The notes under the pieces were generated by a model. It was given only the letters and a program-made list of their open reading frames with translations. It had not been told where the DNA came from and did not search any database. The translations under genes and the position numbers were made by a program. Source: Thermoplasmata archaeon (GTDB lineage Archaea > Thermoplasmatota > Thermoplasmata > Lutacidiplasmatales > UBA184). Taken from it: 64,000 nt of DNA. The stretch's first letter is position 1. Each line of letters starts with the position of its first letter. The stretch lies in contig DAHUXZ010000006.1 in NCBI GenBank assembly GCA_027315455.1, positions 8,952 to 72,951 of the forward strand, written 5' to 3'. This document shows, piece by piece, positions 54,054 to 61,094 of the stretch.

Positions 54054-57000
54054 TCACCCGTCGCCGCGGCCCGAGGGGAACGCCTCGTGGAGGCGCGCGA
54101 AGGTCGTCGGGTCGACGAGGTCGGGGTTCACGGGGACCAGTATCCGGGCCCCCTGGTGCCGGGCCATGTCGGCGAGCCCCTCCAGGAAGGCCGCGGTCCG
54201 CTCGGCGGTGTGGATCCGCACCAAGTACTCCACTCCCTCGAGGTACGCGGCCTCGACCCCGCGCTCCCCGAACGCCCGGCGGAACAGCTCGGTGAGGGCG
54301 GCGAGGTCCGTCGGCGGGAACGACCCCTCCCGCCGGACGTTCGAAAGCCAGACGACCTCGACCGCGCGCGGTCCGAGGCTCGCCCGCAGGCGGTCGGGGA
54401 AGTCGCGGCTCAGGCAGAGCCCCCGACGCGGCAGCTCGGTCGCGGCCAGGAACTCCGACCAGGACGTCCCGGGGGAGCGTTCGGGCCAGACCTCGACCCC
54501 GGTTCTCGGTGGAAGGACGGCTGGCGCCGCGGGCGCGGGGGAGCGCACGGCGGCGGGGTCCGCGGGGGTCAGCGCCGGCAGGACCGGCGCGGGGGGGGCC
54601 GGAGCGGTGCCCGGCCCGATACCGGTGGGCTCGGCCGGGGCGGGGGGGACCCCTACGGGCGGGGGGAGGACGGGAACCGGCATCGGCGCCGTGCGGGGTG
54701 CCGCTCGCGGCGCGACGGGATCCTCCGCGGCCGCCTCCCCCTGCGGGGGTGCGGGGGACGGCGCGGCGGCGGGCGCCGGCCCTTGGGTGCCGGACGGGGC
54801 GCAGACGACGACGCGAGGACGGAGGGGGCGGGGTGGGGAGGGACCGCCGAAGTGCTCCACGAGAAGGGCGGCGACCTCGGGCCCGAACCCGGGGATAGGT
54901 GCCAGCCGCTCGAACGGCGCGTGGGCGATCTCCTCGTAGGAGCCTAGCCCCGCCTCCCAGGCCATCGCGAGCTTCGTCGGTCCGAGAACGGGACGGCGCA
55001 GCTCCGTGTCGAACGCCGTGACGGCGTCGCGGATCGCGGACTCGCGCGCCCTCAGGCTCTCATCGAGATAGTCGGTCCCTTCCCAGGCCGCCGGAGCGGG
55101 GGGCCGGGGGCGGACGCGGGGGCGCCGGTCGCGGCGGGGCCGGACCTTGTGCCGGGCCGGCGCGGCCGGTGCCCCGACGAGGACGCACCTCCATCGATCC
55201 CCACGCCGCGTCCGCCCCTCCACGCCCCATCCCTCGGGAACGGGCTCGCCGGACGGGACGAGCCGCACGGGGACGCCTCCGAACGCCGGGCCGAGCGACG
55301 GGAGGAGGCGCTCGAGCTCGGCCGCGAGGGGCCCCGAGATTTGGACGGCGATCTCCGACACCAGCGACGGCTGGGGAAGCCGACCGAGCTGGCGATGGAC
55401 CTCGCGGAAGAGCCGGAACCCGTCCGGCGTCAACGGAGGGGGGGCCCCGCCGGTGGCGTCCCCCGACGCCCCGGGCGGCCTAAGGAGCAGCTCGCCGAGC
55501 CGCCAGGGCACGGCGACGACCCCCTCGGGAAGCGACTCGGTAAGGTCGACCATCGTCGCGGCGATCGGGTACGGCAGCCCGTCGAGGACGACCTCGAGCC
55601 GTCCGTCCTTGAGCCCGTCCTGGATCTGGGTCCCGGTCAGCTGCTCGAGGAGACGGGCGATCCGGCCAGCGACCGGGCCGTAGCGGGCGCGGATCCGCTC
55701 CAGGTTCGGGCTCGCCTCGACCCGGCGGGCATCCCACGGTCGGGCGGGCGACGCGATCTGGACGGAGGCCGCCCCCGCGATGCGGGCCAGGATCTCCGGC
55801 CGATCCCGCACGAGGCCGGCCGTCTCCTCATCGTTCAGGTAGACCACGATGGGAGGCAGATCGGCGGACGGGGCGACCTTGAGCTCGCGGCGATATCGGG
55901 CGACGGCCGTCCGCAGCTCCCGCCATACGCCGTACGCCCGCTCCGCGTTCGCATCGAGGAGCGCCTCCTGGACCGGGGCGAACGTCCGCTCGAAGACGCT
56001 CTCGTGATCGCCCCGCAGCGCGCGGTGGATCGCCTCCATCGTGAACGGAAGGATCGGGGCGGAAAGCTCGACCCAGCGCGGCAGGACGTGACCGAGGACG
56101 TTGAGCGCCGCGGCCTTCCCCGAGCTCGGCCCGGCCGACGCAAGGCGCGGCCCCGCGAGCGGCAGGTATCCGGCCCGCAGGTCCTCCTCCATGAACTGCG
56201 CGAGGCGCTCGTGCGCCGCGGCGAGCTCGCCCCGGTCGTAGAGGCGCAGGACCTCGAGCCGCATCCGCTCGAACAGGGAGAGGAACGCCCGGTCCTCCTC
56301 GGTCAGGCCCTCGAGCGGGCGGGTCACGACCGCCGCGTCCGGGTCGAAGCGCTCGGCGGCGAACCGCTCGAGGATCTCCCGGGCCGTCTCCCAGCTCTTG
56401 CGCAGGCGGCGATCCTCCTGCTCGCGGCGGTTGACGAGCGTGAGCTCCCCGTTGCGGGGCGCGCGCTCGGTGAGGAGGAGCGCGGCCCGCAGCGCATCGG
56501 CCGACTCCCCGAGGCCCGGCCGGGCCGGGACCTCCGAGCTCGGAAGGGTCGGGATCGTGGCGACCTTCAGCTCTTTCGGGTCGGCGTCGACCGCCTCCAT
56601 CGCGAGGAGGTGGTGGACCAGGGCGGGCGCCCGGCGTCGCTCGGGAAGGTAGAGCCAGGCCGAGTCGGCCGGGGCGACGGGGGCCGCGGCCGCCCAGGCC
56701 ACGACGGCGGCGTGGACCGGCGGAAGCAGATGCCGCCGGGAGACGAGGCGTACCCCGCCGCACCCGCAGCGATCGGGGGCGTCGGACGGGGCGAGCTCCC
56801 CGCACGACTGGCATTCGGAGAGCGCCGGGGCGTCCGGCTCGGAGGTGATCTCCCCGGCGCTCACGGGCCAAGGGACCACCTCCGACGCGCCGACCTCCGG
56901 TGCGTCGGGAAGGAGGCGCTGGTAGAGCGCCGTTCGCTGGGGGGAAAGGCGGTTCGGCGCGAGGCACCACGCCCGCCCGACGTCCCAGTGGAGGGCCGAG

Positions 57001-58097
57001 CCGCAGGTGACGCAGTGCGGAATGCCCCGTCGGACCCGGAGCTGGGCGAACAGGAGCCCGCTCTCCGTGACGTCCCGGAGGACGAACGCCTCGGCGTCCT
57101 CCAGCGTGAGCCGCTGGTACTTGTGCGCGACGTCCTCGGTCAGGCGCCCGCTCAGGTCGGCGACGGACCAGCCGGGGATCCCGAGCGCCGCGGCCGCGTG
57201 GTAGTCGGCCGCCCCGTGGGCCGGAACGAGCGCGATGACCCCGGTGCCGGAGTCGCCGACCTCCGCCGACGCGAGCACGGTCCCGGCGGGCGGGGGGAGG
57301 TTCGCGAGAACGGGGGACTCCATGGCCAGCGGATGGACGTAGGCCGTCCCCGCCCACCGGCGGCCGGGCGCCTCTTCGAGGACCTCGATCTCGGCGCCGT
57401 CGAGCCACTGGATGACCCGGTCGATCGCGGACCGTAGGATGACGATCCGTTCCTCGACCCCGCGCCGGCGGTAACGGGCCGTGACGTAGGGCATCGTCGG
57501 GTGGACGAGGATCGCCGTCGTCCCGAGGAGCTTCCAGAGCGAGTCGGTCCAGACGAGGAGGCTCGTCCGGGGCGGCGCGCCGGCGATCGGAAAGCGGACG
57601 AGGTACGCCGGTCCCGGCGCCTCGGCATAGACGATCCCCTCAGGGCTCCGGGGGAGGCGGCAGGACGGGCAGGTCCGAAGCGGCGTCGACCGGCTCACCA
57701 GGAGCCGACGGGCCGCGAGACGATCCACGACCTCCTGAAGTCGCTGCGGCCCGACCGCTTCGGTGAGGGGGCGCACACGGCCCCCCTCGGTCGCGATCCC
57801 CGCGCGACGCAGGAGGGGCAGCACACCCTCCCCCGCCGACCCCTGGTCCACCATCCAGAGCGTCCCGCGCGGTCGCGCCCCCGCCTGCGCGAGGTAGCGG
57901 GCCCCGGCATCGGCGGCCACGGCACGGGCGAGGACCTGGGCGGCGGGGTCAGCGGCCGCTACGGTCCCGGGGAACTGGAGGACCCGGGGTTCCCCCCCTT
58001 CCCCGTCACGGGCGAATAGATTGGGTCGGGAGGCCCAGAACAGCCAGGCCTCGGATTCGATCGCCGCGGGGTCGTAGCGTGGGGAGAGAAGGTGCAT
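54054..58097 (-). CDS. giant fusion protein: degenerate class-Ia aminoacyl-tRNA synthetase (IleRS/ValRS-like pseudo-synthetase) + HhH motif + uncharacterised C-terminal domain
   Basis: Class Ia landmarks are retained in degenerate form: the HIGH region reads DPAAQVL, WTTTPWT reads WTDSLWK, the editing-domain motif reads GTGVIALVPAHGAADY, HCWRC reads HCVTCGS, and no KMSKS is present. After ~aa 1000: HhH (LAPIPGFGPEVAALLVEHFG), a Pro/Ala-rich linker, and a ~150-aa domain (GLCLSRDFP...VVWLS...LEGVEYLV...ILVPVNPDL). Confidence 0.6.
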   Translation of the reverse strand: MHLLSPRYDPAAIESEAWLFWASRPNLFARDGEGGEPRVLQFPGTVAAADPAAQVLARAVAADAGARYLAQAGARPRGTLWMVDQGSAGEGVLPLLRRAGIATEGGRVRPLTEAVGPQRLQEVVDRLAARRLLVSRSTPLRTCPSCRLPRSPEGIVYAEAPGPAYLVRFPIAGAPPRTSLLVWTDSLWKLLGTTAILVHPTMPYVTARYRRRGVEERIVILRSAIDRVIQWLDGAEIEVLEEAPGRRWAGTAYVHPLAMESPVLANLPPPAGTVLASAEVGDSGTGVIALVPAHGAADYHAAAALGIPGWSVADLSGRLTEDVAHKYQRLTLEDAEAFVLRDVTESGLLFAQLRVRRGIPHCVTCGSALHWDVGRAWCLAPNRLSPQRTALYQRLLPDAPEVGASEVVPWPVSAGEITSEPDAPALSECQSCGELAPSDAPDRCGCGGVRLVSRRHLLPPVHAAVVAWAAAAPVAPADSAWLYLPERRRAPALVHHLLAMEAVDADPKELKVATIPTLPSSEVPARPGLGESADALRAALLLTERAPRNGELTLVNRREQEDRRLRKSWETAREILERFAAERFDPDAAVVTRPLEGLTEEDRAFLSLFERMRLEVLRLYDRGELAAAHERLAQFMEEDLRAGYLPLAGPRLASAGPSSGKAAALNVLGHVLPRWVELSAPILPFTMEAIHRALRGDHESVFERTFAPVQEALLDANAERAYGVWRELRTAVARYRRELKVAPSADLPPIVVYLNDEETAGLVRDRPEILARIAGAASVQIASPARPWDARRVEASPNLERIRARYGPVAGRIARLLEQLTGTQIQDGLKDGRLEVVLDGLPYPIAATMVDLTESLPEGVVAVPWRLGELLLRPPGASGDATGGAPPPLTPDGFRLFREVHRQLGRLPQPSLVSEIAVQISGPLAAELERLLPSLGPAFGGVPVRLVPSGEPVPEGWGVEGRTRRGDRWRCVLVGAPAAPARHKVRPRRDRRPRVRPRPPAPAAWEGTDYLDESLRARESAIRDAVTAFDTELRRPVLGPTKLAMAWEAGLGSYEEIAHAPFERLAPIPGFGPEVAALLVEHFGGPSPPRPLRPRVVVCAPSGTQGPAPAAAPSPAPPQGEAAAEDPVAPRAAPRTAPMPVPVLPPPVGVPPAPAEPTGIGPGTAPAPPAPVLPALTPADPAAVRSPAPAAPAVLPPRTGVEVWPERSPGTSWSEFLAATELPRRGLCLSRDFPDRLRASLGPRAVEVVWLSNVRREGSFPPTDLAALTELFRRAFGERGVEAAYLEGVEYLVRIHTAERTAAFLEGLADMARHQGARILVPVNPDLVDPTTFARLHEAFPSGRGDG

Positions 58098-58203
58098 GCG
58101 CTCCCACGTCCGAAACGGGTCGCGGTCGAGAGATTCGCCGCCGGCACGATAAACCCTTGGAGCACGCCGCCGCCCGTCGGGGAGCCCGGGATCGCCGGTG
58201 ATC

Positions 58204-58911
58204 TCAGACGGGCGGAACGAGGCGCGCCCGGGGCCGGGACCGGCGGGTCCGGTTCAGGTCCTCTTCGAGCCGGTTGAGCTCGATGAGGACCTCGGAGGCG
58301 GTCCCCGGCGCCGTCTCGAGTCCCTCGGGCTCGACCGGGGGGGCGACGGAGAGGACGGGGGCGGGGGCATGCACCCGGGCGAGGGGGCCCGCCCGCCCCG
58401 TCAGATTCGTAGCGGCCGGGAAGCCCCGCGGGCGGGCCGGCGACGGTTCGTCCGCCTTTCCCGGGTCCCCCGGCGCACTCCCGCCGTCCTCGGGGGACAT
58501 CCGTCCCGCCCGGGACGGGGCCCTTCGGGTCGCCTCGCGAGATCGCTTTCGGCCGGCCCCGTCCTCCTCGTTCTCTTCGACCGCCATGGAGACTCCCGCC
58601 CCGACCGCGGCGACCGCGCCCAGGGCGTAGAACAGCAACCACACTTCGAGCGGCCCCGCCCCCACCTTCGGGCTGGTCACATGGAGGACCGTACCCACCA
58701 GGGCACAGGTCGCCGTGATGAACCAGAGGGGGCCGGCGTCCTCGAACCGCTCGCGCAGGGAGCGCGGAGCCGCGAGGATCCTTGGGTAGGTCCCGTCCGG
58801 CCCGGCTTCCCGGGGGCCCTCCTCGGGTGCCGCATCCGTCGGGGGCGGGGACGGGACCGACGACGGGGGTGCACGGGGGGGTCGGCCCGGTCGATGGATC
58901 GCCCGTGGCAT
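58204..58911 (-). CDS. hypothetical membrane protein (low confidence)
   Basis: Two predicted TM helices (LWFITATCALVGTVLHV, VWLLFYALGAVAAVGAGVSMAV) within an otherwise Pro/Ala/Arg-rich ORF. Could be a GC-driven artefact. Confidence 0.25.
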   Translation of the reverse strand: MPRAIHRPGRPPRAPPSSVPSPPPTDAAPEEGPREAGPDGTYPRILAAPRSLRERFEDAGPLWFITATCALVGTVLHVTSPKVGAGPLEVWLLFYALGAVAAVGAGVSMAVEENEEDGAGRKRSREATRRAPSRAGRMSPEDGGSAPGDPGKADEPSPARPRGFPAATNLTGRAGPLARVHAPAPVLSVAPPVEPEGLETAPGTASEVLIELNRLEEDLNRTRRSRPRARLVPPV

Positions 58912-58922
58912 CGCCAGCAGGG

Positions 58923-59555
58923 TCACGGGCAGCTCCGGAGGGTGAGGCAGGGATTGAGCGAGACGTGGATGGCGAGCACCCTCGGCACCGCTCGGCTGCC
59001 CAGGTCGAGGAACAGGTCCAAGTGGACGATCTGCGCGGCCGGGGAGCGCCCGGACCCGCTCGAAAAGTAGCCGTGGAAGATGGTCCATCCGCCCGTCGTC
59101 TCGACACCGACCTCGATGTCGAAGGAGAACGGAGCGCCCAGGCGCGACGGCTGAAGGTAGGAGATCACCAGCTCTTCGGCATACGTTCCCGCCACCAGGG
59201 TGGACGGGGCCGCCGAGCGGTAGCCGTCCGTGCACGGGCCGACCCGGCAGGCCGCGACGCGGACCGTTGCGCCGCTCAGACCGAGCGTCCCCGCGGTCTG
59301 CCGACCCGCGGTAGGGAACGTGGACGTCGCTTTGGTCAGGAGGACGATCCCGAGGCCGATCTGGGAGATCGGCGGAGGGCTCGCCCCTTGGGCCATCGCG
59401 AGAGCGGACGGGGAGGCGGCGAGCTGGGTGACGGACGTCGACGCATGGGCGGGCGTCGGAAGAAGAAGTATCAGGACCAGGAACGAGAACGCCGCTGCGA
59501 GGAGACGGGAGGCGGGGCCGGCCCGGTGCCGCGGATGCGCTGGGTGACGACTCAT
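58923..59555 (-). CDS. secreted protein, paralogue of 59700-60326, ending in a Cys-x5-Cys-Pro motif
   Basis: Hydrophobic signal-like N-terminus (LLAAAFSFLVLILLLPTPAHA), Ser/Thr/Gly/Ala-rich body, C-terminal NPCLTLRSCP. Confidence 0.45.
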   Translation of the reverse strand: MSRHPAHPRHRAGPASRLLAAAFSFLVLILLLPTPAHASTSVTQLAASPSALAMAQGASPPPISQIGLGIVLLTKATSTFPTAGRQTAGTLGLSGATVRVAACRVGPCTDGYRSAAPSTLVAGTYAEELVISYLQPSRLGAPFSFDIEVGVETTGGWTIFHGYFSSGSGRSPAAQIVHLDLFLDLGSRAVPRVLAIHVSLNPCLTLRSCP

Positions 59556-59699
59556 GAGGGGTTCACCGCCGGGTTCTTGCGCGGAGGGTGGCCGGTAGGG
59601 AGGGTCGGTGCGGCGAGGGCGGGGAAGGGGTGGGCGAGGAAGGGGTTCGCGTCGCCGGCATCGGATGTCGGCGGGTCCGTGGGTCCGGCGGGACGGGAC

Positions 59700-60326
59700 C
59701 TACGGGCAGGCCGTCGCGCTCGCGCACTGGTTGAAGATCACCGACACCGAGTTGATCACCGGGGCCGAGCTCGTCCCGAGGTCGATGAAGACGAACACGG
59801 GGACGGCCGAGGTCGTCGCGACGCCGGTCGCGCCGGTCGCGAGGTAGGCGAGCGCCGTCACCGTCGTGGTCGTTACACCGACGGTGATCGAGATCGTGAA
59901 CGCCATGTCGAAGCCGACGCTCGTCCCGGTACCCGCGGGCTGGGTGACGGTCATGGCGATCTGCTCGCCATAGTTACCGGTCGTCTCCGTCGCCGGGCTG
60001 GCCGAGATGAAGTTCCCGGCCGGGCACGGGGTCGTCGCGCAGGCGGCGAGCGCGGCCGGCGTACCCGAGAGGCCCACGGCGCCGCTCGTCTCGCTGCCGC
60101 CGGCGGTGGCCGTCGCCATTCCCGTCGAGAGCACCACCAGTTGCTCCGAAGTGATCGAAGCGATACCGGAGAATCCCCCCGGGGTCGGGCTCTGGGTCAC
60201 GTTCGTCGCCTGCTGGGGGCTCAGGGTCGTGACGGTGGTCGCGGCGAGGGCGTAGCCCCCGATCATCGCGATCATCGCGGCGGCCGTCACGGCGTAGACG
60301 AGGCGTTGCTTGCGCTTTGTCGCCAT
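59700..60326 (-). CDS. secreted protein with KRK-hydrophobic-GG signal peptide, Thr-rich body and C-terminal Cys-x5-Cys-Pro
   Basis: MATKRKQRLVYAVTAAAMIAMIGGYALAATTV then a Thr/Ser/Ala/Gly-rich sequence ending NQCASATACP. Start at internal ATG with GGGGGAG upstream. Confidence 0.5.
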   Translation of the reverse strand: MATKRKQRLVYAVTAAAMIAMIGGYALAATTVTTLSPQQATNVTQSPTPGGFSGIASITSEQLVVLSTGMATATAGGSETSGAVGLSGTPAALAACATTPCPAGNFISASPATETTGNYGEQIAMTVTQPAGTGTSVGFDMAFTISITVGVTTTTVTALAYLATGATGVATTSAVPVFVFIDLGTSSAPVINSVSVIFNQCASATACP

Positions 60327-60357
60327 CGGTTGTCTCTCCCCCTCGGGGGAATTGCGA

Positions 60358-60375
60358 ATACGCATCGATGCGTAT
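60358..60375. promoter_or_regulatory. perfect 18-bp palindrome ATACGCATCGATGCGTAT overlapping a TATATA box upstream of the secreted-protein gene
   Basis: Exact self-complementary 18-mer. TATATA at 60373-60378 lies ~47 bp upstream of the ATG at 60326 on the minus strand. Confidence 0.4.
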
Positions 60376-60550
60376 ATACACTTATTCATCCCGATTGTGC
60401 ATGCGCGGCGTATAACTCGGGGCGCGCCCGCCGTGGTGGGGCGCGCGGGGTGCCCGGACGCCGTCCCGTCCGCCGGTTTCCCCCGACCGGCGTGCCGCCG
60501 CGGGACAACCCTTATCAAGCCCGGCACGTCCTCGGTGGCGGAAGATTGCC

Positions 60551-60937
60551 ATGGCCTGGACGCAGCAGGAAGTTCGCGAGCTCAAGGAAGGCCGCTACAT
60601 GCTCATCGATGACGAGCCCTGCAAGATCCTCAGCATCCAGACCTCGAAACCGGGAAAGCACGGCGAGGCGAAGGCCCGCATCGACGCCGTCGGCGTCTTC
60701 GACGGGTCGAAGCGGAGCGTCGTCTTCCCCGTGAAGCACAAGGTCCAGGTCCCGATGATCGGCAAGCGCCAGGCCCAGGTGCTCTCGCTCACCGACACCG
60801 AGGTCCAGCTGATGGACCTCGAGACCTACGAAACGTTCTCGCTGGCCCTGGAGGCAGAGCTCAAGGGTCAGCTTTCCCCCGGGGGAGAGGTCCAGTACAT
60901 CGATGCCATGGGGAAGCGTCGGATCAGCCGCCCGTAG
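60551..60937 (+). CDS. eif5a: translation initiation factor 5A (aIF-5A)
   Basis: Hypusine-loop region [13 protein letters not shown] and SH3-like plus OB domains. Confidence 0.9.
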   Translation: MAWTQQEVRELKEGRYMLIDDEPCKILSIQTSKPGKHGEAKARIDAVGVFDGSKRSVVFPVKHKVQVPMIGKRQAQVLSLTDTEVQLMDLETYETFSLALEAELKGQLSPGGEVQYIDAMGKRRISRP

Positions 60938-61094
60938 GCGGGCCCGGCCGCCGCGTGAGCCATCTTTTATATCGCCGGGACGGCATGTTTGCCGGCGCGG
61001 GCCCCCTCCCATCGGGCGTCGGGCCTAGTTCCTCGGGGGGGCGAAGGCCACGACGGGCTCCGGCGGCATCGGAACGCTTCCCTCCTCTCGCCTG

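Noticed and set aside
55149-57437. 762-aa plus-strand ORF antisense to the pseudo-aaRS gene
   Set aside because: Asp/Arg/Gly/Pro-rich with no motifs. The minus-strand frame carries ordered class Ia synthetase landmarks, so the minus strand is taken as the coding strand.
60515-61012. 165-aa minus-strand ORF
   Set aside because: Antisense to the well-supported eif5a gene.
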